Of a stretch of DNA of 64,000 nt, positions 31,291-39,902 are shown one piece after another (position 1 is the first letter of the stretch; every line of letters starts with the position of its first letter). Below the pieces are notes generated by a model. That model did no database searches. It was given only the letters and a program-made list of their open reading frames with translations, and had not been told where the DNA came from. Origin of the DNA: Vicinamibacteria bacterium. Lineage in GTDB: Bacteria; Acidobacteriota; Vicinamibacteria; Vicinamibacterales; UBA8438. Position numbers and translations under genes: made by a program. The stretch is taken from positions 1,062 to 65,061 of the forward strand of contig CAUZIB010000003.1 in NCBI GenBank assembly GCA_963579735.1, read 5' to 3'.

Positions 31291-31908
31291 ATGAAACGCG
31301 AACCGATCGTGCTGGCGGTATCCATCTGTTGTTCTCTGGCGATCATGTCGTGGATTGTGTGGAGCGAGCGACCCGTACCCGCCGCCGCTGCGGCAGCAAC
31401 CGCCATGGGAGTTGGCGCGACAGGCGATGCCTCCACTGCGCCCAGCGCTGGTGTGCCGGCCGACCCACCTCCAGTAGACCCCGCTCAGGCCGCGGCGCTC
31501 GAGGCCGCCGCCCTCGCTGACACGGGGGATCCGGCCCCACGCGTGGCTCTCGGAAACCTCTACTACCATGCTCAGACGTTTGAAGCCGCTATCCCGTGGT
31601 TCGAAGAGGCTCTCGCGCTGCAGCCAGATGATCTTGATTCGAGCACAAACCTTGGTGTGTGCTATTTCTATGCCGGTCGCGCGGAACGTGCTATCGAGCA
31701 ACTCGAACGGTCCCTTGAGATCGAGCCGGACCATCCGCAGACTCTCCTGAACGTCGGTATCGTTCGGGCGTTTGCTCTTGATGACATCGAGGGCGCCAAG
31801 GTCGCCTGGGAACGGGTCATCGAAGTCGCACCCGATGGTCGCGAGGCTCGCGCGGCCGGCGAGGCGCTCGGCCGAGTGGACGAGATGCGGGCCGGGACCT
31901 CCCGGTAG
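31291..31908 (+). CDS. membrane-anchored tetratricopeptide repeat protein
   Basis: N-terminal TM helix, Ala/Pro linker, three TPR-like repeats (LGNLYY, NLGVCYF, LNVGIV). Confidence 0.85.
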   Translation: MKREPIVLAVSICCSLAIMSWIVWSERPVPAAAAAATAMGVGATGDASTAPSAGVPADPPPVDPAQAAALEAAALADTGDPAPRVALGNLYYHAQTFEAAIPWFEEALALQPDDLDSSTNLGVCYFYAGRAERAIEQLERSLEIEPDHPQTLLNVGIVRAFALDDIEGAKVAWERVIEVAPDGREARAAGEALGRVDEMRAGTSR

Positions 31909-31926
31909 AAACGAGGAACGTCGAAG

Positions 31927-32202
31927 ATGCTGGGCTGGCTGGTGCGGCTTCTGCTCGTGGCCGTGTTGTTTCGAATCGTCATCAAGGCCCTAGCGAGGGT
32001 CTTACCGCGGCAGATGGGGCACGCGTCTCGGTCGTCCGGTCCGACGGGCAGGGTCCGTTCTCAAAAGCAGGGAGCGTTAGTCAGAGATCCGATGTGCGGC
32101 ACGTATGTCGAGCCGTCGCACTCGGTCTCAACTCGGTCTGGAGACGTGATGCGCTATTTCTGTTCCGAGAACTGTCGCGAGGCGTTTCTGAAGAGCGTCT
32201 AA
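31927..32202 (+). CDS. YHS/TRASH metal-binding domain protein with N-terminal TM helix
   Basis: RDPMCGTYV...YFCSENC. Confidence 0.85.
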   Translation: MLGWLVRLLLVAVLFRIVIKALARVLPRQMGHASRSSGPTGRVRSQKQGALVRDPMCGTYVEPSHSVSTRSGDVMRYFCSENCREAFLKSV

Positions 32203-32238
32203 CCACATCGCACCACGCTGTCCCCAGGACCCCCAGCC

Positions 32239-33129
32239 ATGCATCCCGAGGAACGGTTCCGAGCCGATATTGTGGAAGTCGGTCGTCGCCTCCACGCACG
32301 ATCGTATGTGGCTTCCAATGATGGGAACATCAGTATCAGGGTCGATAACGACCGACTTCTGACGACGCCAAAGGGGGTGTCGAAGGGTTTTATGACCCCG
32401 GATATGATGGTCGTAACGGATCTCGAGGGCACCAAGGTGGCGGGTGACCGCGACCCGTCGTCAGAGCTGCCTATGCACTTGGCGGTCTATCACAACCGAC
32501 CCGAGGTCAAGTCGGTGGTGCATGCGCATCCGCCGACGGCCACTGGCTTTGCGGTCGCCGGGATCCCGCTTGACCGCGCGGTCTTGGCCGAAGTGGTCAC
32601 CACGCTTGGCAGCATTCCCATCGCCGAATACGGCACGCCGTCCACGCCGGAGCTTGCCGAGGCTGTGCGGAAATTCATCAAGGCGCACGACGGACTGCTG
32701 CTCGCGAACCACGGCGCATTGACCATCGCCGGCGACGTCTTCGCCGCCTATTATAAGATGGAGACCATCGAACACTTTGCCCGGATCAGTGTCGTCGCAC
32801 GTCTTCTCGGTGGCGAGCGGTTGTTGTCTCGCGAGGAAGTGATGCGTCTGCAAGATCTGCGCGGTATGTATGGGATTGCCGCACCGGCACCGATCTGCGC
32901 GGATGACGACCACGCTCCGCGGCCCGCCGAGGATGACGCGACATGCCAGGTGCTGCACGCACCCTCGTCGCCTGACAAGCGTCTTGTTCGCGCGGACGGC
33001 GCGCGTCCGGCTCTCCCGGATGTCTCGTCGGACGAGCCCACACCCGCGCTGGCTCCAGATCGTGAGATTCGACTAACATACCGTGAGCTGACGGCCCTGA
33101 TAGAAGATGCCGTGAAACAGCTGCGCTAA
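32239..33129 (+). CDS. class II aldolase/adducin family protein (FucA-like) with C-terminal encapsulation-peptide-like helix
   Basis: DGNIS.R, PSSE..MH, VVHAHPP, LANHGA; about 60 aa linker then LTYRELTALIEDAVKQLR. Confidence 0.92.
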   Translation: MHPEERFRADIVEVGRRLHARSYVASNDGNISIRVDNDRLLTTPKGVSKGFMTPDMMVVTDLEGTKVAGDRDPSSELPMHLAVYHNRPEVKSVVHAHPPTATGFAVAGIPLDRAVLAEVVTTLGSIPIAEYGTPSTPELAEAVRKFIKAHDGLLLANHGALTIAGDVFAAYYKMETIEHFARISVVARLLGGERLLSREEVMRLQDLRGMYGIAAPAPICADDDHAPRPAEDDATCQVLHAPSSPDKRLVRADGARPALPDVSSDEPTPALAPDREIRLTYRELTALIEDAVKQLR

Positions 33130-33178
33130 TGTGGCGGATGTCCTACAGTAGCCGCGGGCTCCGTGAGGGGAAGATGGT

Positions 33179-33469
33179 ATGGGTGAGGCGTTGGGGATGG
33201 TTGAGACCAAGGGTCTCGTGGCAATGATCGAAGCCGCGGATACGATGGTCAAGACCGCGAACGTGTCTCTCGTCGGGCGAGAGAAAATTGGCGCCGGCTA
33301 CGTGACGGCTATCGTCCGAGGTGATGTGGCGGCCGTCAAAGCGGCGACTGACGCTGGCGCGGCTGCGGCGCGCCGCCTGGGAGAGCTGGTCTCGGTCCAT
33401 GTGATTCCTCGTCCGCACACGAATGTAGAGGACGCACTGCCGGTCGGCAAGTCCGGTAGCAAGGGCTAG
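33179..33469 (+). CDS. BMC hexamer shell protein (BMC-H, EutM/PduA-like)
   Basis: ALGMVETKG...EAAD.MVK.ANV...KIGAG...[10 protein letters not shown]...HVIPRP. Confidence 0.97.
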   Translation: MGEALGMVETKGLVAMIEAADTMVKTANVSLVGREKIGAGYVTAIVRGDVAAVKAATDAGAAAARRLGELVSVHVIPRPHTNVEDALPVGKSGSKG

Positions 33470-33623
33470 ACCAGCATTTCTGAACTTCGAGTCGCATGCC
33501 CGGCTCATACTGCTCACCGGCGTCGTCGTGCCGTATCGATATACGCCCGATATGCCTGCCTCGCTCCGACAGTCTGCGGGTCAGCTGGTGCCGAACCCCA
33601 TACGCTGCCCCGAGACCGGTTCC

Positions 33624-33698
33624 GCGCCCGGCCGACAAGGCGCGACGCGAGAGAACTAGATATGTGTGACCGAGGAGCAGTGCAGTCGACCGGGATGC
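33624..33698 (-). repeat. palindromic intergenic element, copy E (reverse orientation)
   Basis: Reverse complement reads GCATCCCGGTCGACTGCACTGCTCCTCGGTCA...CGTCGCGCCTTGTCGGCCGGGCGC, matching copies A and B. Confidence 0.7.
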
Positions 33699-33802
33699 AG
33701 CTCTGGGCGAATACCCCGAGGCTTTCGCCACGGACTGCTCGTGCCGGCCACCCGGACTCTCCGCCCGACCTGGTTCTAGGCAATGCGGTTACAGAAGGCT
33801 AG

Positions 33803-34072
33803 ATGATCCTCGCCAAGGTGGTCGGGACGGTCGTCGCAACCCGAAAGGACGAGCGACTCGTGAGCACCAAACTTCTGGTGGCCCAACCCGTGGATCCTGA
33901 TGGTGAGGTCGTGGGAAATCAGCTTGTTGCCGTCGATACGGTCGACGCCGGGTTTGGCGAGACAGTGCTGATCGTGAGCGGGAGCTCCGCTCGGATGGCG
34001 GCCGGTCTGACCGACACCCCGGTCGATGCGGCGATCATCGGTATCGTCGACACAGTGTCAGTGGCGAAGTAA
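33803..34072 (+). CDS. BMC vertex protein (BMC-P, EutN/CcmL family) 1
   Basis: MILAKVVGTVVATRK...VAVDTVDAG.GE.VL.VSGSSAR...DAAIIGIVD. Confidence 0.96.
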   Translation: MILAKVVGTVVATRKDERLVSTKLLVAQPVDPDGEVVGNQLVAVDTVDAGFGETVLIVSGSSARMAAGLTDTPVDAAIIGIVDTVSVAK

Positions 34073-34079
34073 GTCTTCT

Positions 34080-34391
34080 ATGCAACTGGCTCGGGTCATA
34101 GGGACGGTGGTGGCGACCCAGAAAGATCCGAGGCTGAACGGTTTGAAGCTCCTAGTCCTCCAGCCTCTGACCGCGACGGGAGAGCCGGCGGGGCGGTCGA
34201 TTGTCGGTGTCGATTCGGTCGGAGCCGGTATTGGCGAGGACGTCTTCTTTGTGCGGGGACGTGAGGCGAGTTTGCCATTTCTGTCGCGCCATGTGCCGAC
34301 GGATGCCAGTGTGGTTGGGATTGTCGATCATTGGTCGCTGGAGGCCGAGCACTCGAAGGGGATTGGTGTCTCAGCGTCGAAAAAAATCTAA
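34080..34391 (+). CDS. BMC vertex protein (BMC-P) 2
   Basis: MQLARVIGTVVATQK...DSVGAG.GE.VFFVRGREAS...DASVVGIVD. Confidence 0.95.
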   Translation: MQLARVIGTVVATQKDPRLNGLKLLVLQPLTATGEPAGRSIVGVDSVGAGIGEDVFFVRGREASLPFLSRHVPTDASVVGIVDHWSLEAEHSKGIGVSASKKI

Positions 34392-34525
34392 AGGCCTGGG
34401 GTGGCGCAGTGCTCTCGTCCCAGAGGTAGCAGCACCGCCTGCGCGCTCTCAGGTGAGAGGTGACCGCGCGGCCGGGGGGCTGGCGGCTACACGAAACCAT
34501 TCTCTTTCGATGGTGGGGCGCTAGG

Positions 34526-34864
34526 ATGCGCGTTTGTCGGGTGGTCGGCACCGTTGTCGCCACCGAGAAGAGCGCAAAACTCGAAGGGGCCAAACTGCTG
34601 CTTGTACGGCCAACCGAGCCGCTGCCCACCGGACGAGATGAGCCGGCTCCGATGGGACCGGCGATCATCGCCGTGGATGCTGCGCAAGCCGGGGTCGGAG
34701 ATACGGTACTCGTGGTGACCGAGGGGCGTGCTGCGGCTTCTGCGCTTGGCCGTCGGGGCGCGCCCGTTGATGCCGCAATTGTCGGTATCGTTGATCACAT
34801 AGACAGCGGCGAGCGTGAGACGGCCCAACGGGCGGACAAGAGGCCAGATCATGCCGTCGTCTGA
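34526..34864 (+). CDS. BMC vertex protein (BMC-P) 3
   Basis: MRVCRVVGTVVATEK...AVDAAQAGVGD.VLVVTEGRAA...DAAIVGIVD. Confidence 0.95.
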   Translation: MRVCRVVGTVVATEKSAKLEGAKLLLVRPTEPLPTGRDEPAPMGPAIIAVDAAQAGVGDTVLVVTEGRAAASALGRRGAPVDAAIVGIVDHIDSGERETAQRADKRPDHAVV

Positions 34865-35060
34865 CGAGCGCGTCAAGGCAGCGGTTGACGCGGCCTTACA
34901 ACGGCATCTGTTGGGAACCACCACGACCGAGCGGCCCCCGGAGCACGTGAGCCACGCTCGCTTTTCTCTGCCGAGGGGTGCCGACGGAACGCCGGCCTGT
35001 GTGATCGAGCCAGCCGTGCCATGCACCCACTGTGGCTATTGTCTCTCCTTGGGCCACTAG
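34851..35060 (+). CDS. small Cys/His-rich protein of the BMC locus
   Basis: AGAGG RBS; amphipathic ERVKAAVDAALQRHL; C-terminal C-x7-C-x2-C-x2-C...GH. Confidence 0.75.
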   Translation: MPSSDERVKAAVDAALQRHLLGTTTTERPPEHVSHARFSLPRGADGTPACVIEPAVPCTHCGYCLSLGH

Positions 35061-35102
35061 CGCACCGCCGACTTCATCTCGACAGTCCACCAGGAAAGCT
35101 CA

Positions 35103-36089
35103 ATGGCTGCTCCAAAGGTCCTCGTTACTCGTCGACTCCCGTCCTCAGCGCTCGACAAGCTCGGTCTCGCGTGCAATGTAGACCTTCATCAGTCTCGCGA
35201 TGATTTGACCCATGACGAGTTGAGAGATCGCGTCCGTGACAAGGTTGGGATGGTCTGCACTGCGACCGATACGGTCGACGCGTCGGTACTGGTCGCGGGT
35301 AGCCATCTTCAAGTCGTGGCGACCGTCGCGGTCGGATTCGACAATATCGACGTGGTGGCCGCGACCGCGCGCGGGATTGTCGTCACAAACACGCCCGATG
35401 TTCTTACGGCGGCAGTCGCGGAGTACACCTGCGGGTTAATCTTGTCGGTGACGCGACGAATCGCGGAGGGGGACCGTCTGATTCGGGCGAACGCGTGGAA
35501 CGGGTGGTCTCTCGATTTCATGCTGGGGACACAGCTCCACGGGAAGCAGCTTGGTATCGTTGGAGCCGGCCGGATTGGCACCGCGGTGGCCACGCTTGCC
35601 GAGGGTTTCGGCATGACCGTTGTCTTTTCGGAGCGTGTCGGTGGTGGTAGAACCCCCTCGGCCCCATTGTTCGCGTCTCGGCCACCCCGGGTGTCATTCG
35701 ACGAAATGCTCGTGTCATCAGATGTCATTTCGCTTCATGTCCCGCTGACCGACGCGACCCGGCATCTCATCGACCGACGAACGCTGGCGCGGATGAAACG
35801 GTCGGCGTTTCTCATCAACATGTCGAGGGGGGCGGTCGTCAGCGAGACCGCGCTGGCGTGGGCGCTACAAGAGCGTCTGATCGCCGGTGCCGCGCTTGAC
35901 GTTTATGAGGACGAGCCAAACGTGCATTCAGATTTACGAGGGCTCGACAACGTGGTGCTGTCTCCGCATATTGGGAGCGCGACGCGAGAGACGCGAGTCG
36001 CGATGGCCGGGCTCGCGGTGGACAATGTCGTCGCGGTGCTGGGCGGGCGCCCCGCGCTGACACCGGTCGGGCCACCGGCGGTGCATTAG
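35103..36089 (+). CDS. D-isomer-specific 2-hydroxyacid dehydrogenase (glyoxylate/hydroxypyruvate reductase-like)
   Basis: VGFDNIDV, TNTPDVLT, G.GRIG, IN.SRG, LDVYEDEP, PHIGSA. Confidence 0.93.
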   Translation: MAAPKVLVTRRLPSSALDKLGLACNVDLHQSRDDLTHDELRDRVRDKVGMVCTATDTVDASVLVAGSHLQVVATVAVGFDNIDVVAATARGIVVTNTPDVLTAAVAEYTCGLILSVTRRIAEGDRLIRANAWNGWSLDFMLGTQLHGKQLGIVGAGRIGTAVATLAEGFGMTVVFSERVGGGRTPSAPLFASRPPRVSFDEMLVSSDVISLHVPLTDATRHLIDRRTLARMKRSAFLINMSRGAVVSETALAWALQERLIAGAALDVYEDEPNVHSDLRGLDNVVLSPHIGSATRETRVAMAGLAVDNVVAVLGGRPALTPVGPPAVH

Positions 36090-36250
36090 TAGCGTGTCGC
36101 CTTTGATTCAGGTGGCTGTCGGTGAGTCATCGTCGCCCCCGCTACGTTGCTCGTCGCTTACAATTGGCCCACATTGCGCGCTCTTCCCGTCTGGCCGGGA
36201 ACAACGATGACTCACCGACAGCCACCTGAATCAAAGGTGACACGCTCCTA
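36087..36250. mobile_element. MITE/REPIN-like element with 43-bp terminal inverted repeats
   Basis: 36091-36133 and 36204-36246 are reverse complements with one mismatch, 70-bp spacer, flanked by TAG and CTA; no ORF. Confidence 0.75.
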
Positions 36251-36255
36251 GGCTC

Positions 36256-36948
36256 GTGGGCGGAAGAACATCCACGTCCTACGCGTCGGTCAGTTCGATT
36301 GGTCGCGTCATGCGTCGTCTCGGTCCAGCACTCGACAGTCTCGAGGACCCAGCGATCGAGAAGATCGCGGACGACCAGAAGGCAGACCCTTTTCAAGTGT
36401 TGATCGCGACACTGCTGTCGGCGCAAACCAAGGACGCGGTCACTCTGGAGGCGTCCACGCGTCTGTTTCGACGTGCATCTACCCCGCGGGCCCTGAGGGA
36501 CCTCTCCGTAGCCGACATCGAACGGCTGATCTATCCCGTCAGCTTTTACCGGACCAAAGCGAAGCATGTGAAGAACACGTGTCGGTTGTTGCTGGACCGA
36601 TACGACGGCCACGTCCCGGACACCATGGAGGCGCTTGTGTCGTTGCCCGGGGTCGGGCGAAAGACGGCGAATCTGGTCCTGATCGTCGCGCTTCACAGTC
36701 AGTCAAATATTTGCGTGGACACGCACGTCCATCGGATCGCGAACCGTTTGGGGTGGGTCGAGACGACAACTGCGGAGCGGACCGAGCTGGCGCTGTATGA
36801 AGTCGTTCCCCGTCGGTGGTGGCCTCTGATCAATCGGTATCTGGTGACGTGGGGACAGAACGTATGTCGCCCGGTGTATCCACGCTGCGCTCGGTGTGGA
36901 ATCCGGACTTTGTGTCCTCGGCTCGGTGTGACTCGCACCGGGCGCTAG
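36256..36948 (+). CDS. nth: endonuclease III
   Basis: LIATLLSAQT.D, LPGVGRKTAN, VDTHVHR, C-x6-C-x2-C-x5-C. Confidence 0.95.
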   Translation: MGGRTSTSYASVSSIGRVMRRLGPALDSLEDPAIEKIADDQKADPFQVLIATLLSAQTKDAVTLEASTRLFRRASTPRALRDLSVADIERLIYPVSFYRTKAKHVKNTCRLLLDRYDGHVPDTMEALVSLPGVGRKTANLVLIVALHSQSNICVDTHVHRIANRLGWVETTTAERTELALYEVVPRRWWPLINRYLVTWGQNVCRPVYPRCARCGIRTLCPRLGVTRTGR

Positions 36949-37085
36949 TGGACAGTCGTAGAGATAGGGTCGGCCACGTATGGCTCGTGACTCACTTTGT
37001 CACTCGGGCGCCTCGAATCGTCGGGCGGTAAGCCAATTGCGGGATACATCACTAAAATAGAACGTGGGTTCCCCGCGACAACATT

Positions 37086-37727
37086 GTGCTGACCATCAAC
37101 GAAATCTTCTTTTCGATCCAGGGCGAGTCTAGTTACACGGGCCGGCCTTGTGTCTTTGTGCGGCTTGCGGGCTGCGACCTGCGCTGCGCGTGGTGCGACA
37201 CGCCCTACGCGTTTGACGAGGGGGGGCGGTCATCGGTGGATGACGTCGTGCAGCGTGTTGGGGCCTACGACTGCTCCCTGGTTGAGGTTACGGGTGGCGA
37301 ACCCTTGTTGCAGGCGGATGTGTATCCCTTGATGGCGCGGCTGCTTGCCGAAGGAAAAACGGTGCTTCTCGAGACGGGTGGGCATATTGATATCTCGAGC
37401 GTGCCGGAGGCGGTGGTCAAAGTGGTCGATGTGAAGTGCCCGGGAAGCCGCGAGGCGGGTCGGATGGACACCGGCAACTTTGAGCGGCTGCAGCCGCATG
37501 ACGAAGTCAAGTTTGTCATTCGGGACCGCGCAGACTACGAGTTTGCCCGAGCCATTGTCGAAAAGTACACGCTGGTCGATCGTTGCGGAGGGGTGCTCTT
37601 GTCACCTGTCCATCGCGTGCTTGAACCGCGCCAGCTTGCGGAGTGGGCCCTGGCCGACCGGATGCCGGTTCGCGTGCAGGTGCAGCTGCACAAGTATCTG
37701 TGGGGCGATGACACCCGAGGGGTCTAG
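37086..37727 (+). CDS. queE: 7-carboxy-7-deazaguanine synthase (radical SAM)
   Basis: [27 protein letters not shown]. Confidence 0.95.
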   Translation: MLTINEIFFSIQGESSYTGRPCVFVRLAGCDLRCAWCDTPYAFDEGGRSSVDDVVQRVGAYDCSLVEVTGGEPLLQADVYPLMARLLAEGKTVLLETGGHIDISSVPEAVVKVVDVKCPGSREAGRMDTGNFERLQPHDEVKFVIRDRADYEFARAIVEKYTLVDRCGGVLLSPVHRVLEPRQLAEWALADRMPVRVQVQLHKYLWGDDTRGV

Positions 37728-38448
37728 CGCACTGAGGGTCGCGGCTTCGCGGGCTGTTCCCGCAGTCGTCCTGCTCAGTGGCGGGCTGGATTCGTACACG
37801 GCCGCCGCAATCGCTCGCGCCGACGGCTATGCGCTGTATGCGCTCACAGTTCGATACGGACAGCTTCATTCGTGCGAGCTTGAAGCGGCGGCACGAGTGG
37901 CAGAAGCCCTTGGAGTTCGCGAACGATTGGAAATCGCGGTGGATCTGGCCGCTATCGGAGGGTCTTCACTCACCGCGCCGACGGCCGAGACGGCCGTCCC
38001 AAAAAACCGGCCGCTCGATGCGACCGACATCCCCAATACCTATGTGCCCGCGCGGAATACGGTCTTGTTGTCGCTTGCGCTCGCGTGGGCCGAAGTGGTC
38101 GGCGCCGCCGACATCGTGATTGGGGTCAACGCCCTCGACTATTCAGGGTATCCGGATTGTCGCCCGGAGTTCGTCGCGGCTTTTGAGCGTCTCGCGACGC
38201 TGGCTACAAAGGCTGGCGTGGAGGGCCGTTCGCTCCGTATTCACACCCCCCTGATCGACTTGACAAAGGGGCAGATCATTGGCCGCGGTGTTGAGCTTGG
38301 TCTTGACTACGGCCTTACTCACAGCTGCTACGACCCGCCCCCGGGCGGCGGACCTTGCAGACGGTGTGATAGCTGTCGGCTCCGCGCGCGGGGCTTTCAA
38401 GACGCGGGCGTCTCCGACCCGGTCCTTGCGGGAGCCTCGCCAGACTAG
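37708..38448 (+). CDS. queC: 7-cyano-7-deazaguanine synthase
   Basis: [25 protein letters not shown]...C..CDSC; start uncertain. Confidence 0.95.
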   Translation: MTPEGSSALRVAASRAVPAVVLLSGGLDSYTAAAIARADGYALYALTVRYGQLHSCELEAAARVAEALGVRERLEIAVDLAAIGGSSLTAPTAETAVPKNRPLDATDIPNTYVPARNTVLLSLALAWAEVVGAADIVIGVNALDYSGYPDCRPEFVAAFERLATLATKAGVEGRSLRIHTPLIDLTKGQIIGRGVELGLDYGLTHSCYDPPPGGGPCRRCDSCRLRARGFQDAGVSDPVLAGASPD

Positions 38449-39902
38449 GGCTCGTCGCTCTTCTGGACCAGCTGGCGCACTTGCTGCAGCGAGTCGTTGG
38501 CGTCATCCACACTGCGGCTGTTGACGACACCGGCGCCGGGTTCGTCGCCATGGACCGCGTGGGTGTCCTCACCGCGGCGCCAAAAGACGACATGCTCTTC
38601 TATGTCGCTGTCGTCGTCGCGGTAGGTGACCTGGATGGTGGAGAGGATTGAATCTTCGGTCAAGCCGCCGTCGGCTCGTGACTCGATAAATGAGTCGGCC
38701 CGCAGGTTCGAGACTTTCGAGAGTAGGTCGTCCATGTCGCTGGGTTCGACGACCAACCGTTCTGGTGCCGTTTGAACCCAGACCTCGTCCCCGGCGTCTG
38801 CTCCGCTGACCGAATTGTCGTCGGCGTCACCGTCGGCGGCGGTCGCTTCTTTCTCAAAGACGATTGCTTCACCGGATTGCTCGATCTCGAGACGGGTGGC
38901 GTTGAACGACCGAAACGAAAACAGATCTTTTCGACGAAAAGCCCCGGGCTCCTGTTGGAGGTCGGTCACCAGCGCTTCGTCGATCGTGAAGACGACGGCA
39001 CGTGACGCGTCGCGTGCATGACGACCACCGTTCTCGGCGGAGTTTCCCACGAGCAGCGACGCCGACACCGCGTCCCCGCCCAAGGTCACCGTCACCGACG
39101 GTGTATCCAGCCCGTAAGCGTCAGCCTGGGCACCGCCGTCGGGGCCGGGAGCATCGGCATCTTCTGCCGTGAAGGACAATATTTCGCCGGTGCCCAGTCG
39201 CCCGACCAGACTCTCGACGGCACTGAAGTCGGCGCGGGCTTCCCACGGCTCGATGAGTTGCCATTCGTTGTCGACTTTTGAGAACCCGACCGCGCTCTCG
39301 GCGGTCTCTACCCGAAGCGTTTCGACTCCGGTGATGTTGATGTCAAGAATACTCTTGTCGCGCAACCGAAATGTCGACTTGTCAAAACTACTTTGGAGCC
39401 CTTCCTCAACCAGAAAGATCCGGTCGTCGTCCGCCAGTTTCGCATAGCGGTCCGCCCCGGTGGGGCTCGCATCCCCGAGGAGAAGCGTCTGCATCGATTC
39501 GTCTCCGTCCACGGAAAACGAGACCTCCACGGCGGGAGAGGCGAGACCGAACGGTTCGAGGTCGGTTGCCGAGCCCTCCTCCACGACCCGCCGAATCTCG
39601 ACCGACGACAGACTCGATGTGACGGTCGAGACCTCCACCTCATCCGCCCGTGTTTCGACCGGCGCCGTCAGGTGCCAGGCCACGCCCAACGTATCGTTCC
39701 CGGGCCGTCGCTCCAGTGAGGTGTTCCCCTCTGACCCCCGAATGATCAGCGACTGGATGTCATCGGGTTCGAACGCGGCAAAAAGCCGCTCGTTGGGTGG
39801 CGTTTCCGAGGCCGGGAGTCGGTCGAGCTCGACGAAATATACATACGCGCCAAGCGCGAGCAACACGAGCAACATCACGAGCGTCGAGCGGGTGCCCTTC
39901 AT
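38445..39902 (-). CDS. DUF4340 domain protein
   Basis: N-terminal TM helix and three repeated W...P..RAD/YGL..P units; last gene of the Gld-like ABC operon. Confidence 0.85.
   Translation of the reverse strand: MKGTRSTLVMLLVLLALGAYVYFVELDRLPASETPPNERLFAAFEPDDIQSLIIRGSEGNTSLERRPGNDTLGVAWHLTAPVETRADEVEVSTVTSSLSSVEIRRVVEEGSATDLEPFGLASPAVEVSFSVDGDESMQTLLLGDASPTGADRYAKLADDDRIFLVEEGLQSSFDKSTFRLRDKSILDINITGVETLRVETAESAVGFSKVDNEWQLIEPWEARADFSAVESLVGRLGTGEILSFTAEDADAPGPDGGAQADAYGLDTPSVTVTLGGDAVSASLLVGNSAENGGRHARDASRAVVFTIDEALVTDLQQEPGAFRRKDLFSFRSFNATRLEIEQSGEAIVFEKEATAADGDADDNSVSGADAGDEVWVQTAPERLVVEPSDMDDLLSKVSNLRADSFIESRADGGLTEDSILSTIQVTYRDDDSDIEEHVVFWRRGEDTHAVHGDEPGAGVVNSRSVDDANDSLQQVRQLVQKSDEP

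Noticed and set aside
34392-34525. Gap between BMC-P genes 2 and 3 as another repeat copy or small gene
   Set aside because: Similarity to the family core is too weak to support, and the upstream ORF extension is not protein-like.
7090-36250. Repeats considered as a CRISPR array
   Set aside because: Copies are dispersed and degenerate, not tandem with unique spacers; no cas genes.
37086-38448. queE-queC as a 7-deazaguanine DNA modification (Dpd) system
   Set aside because: No dpdA/tgt paralog or defence genes nearby, and queA is in the window, so ordinary queuosine synthesis suffices.
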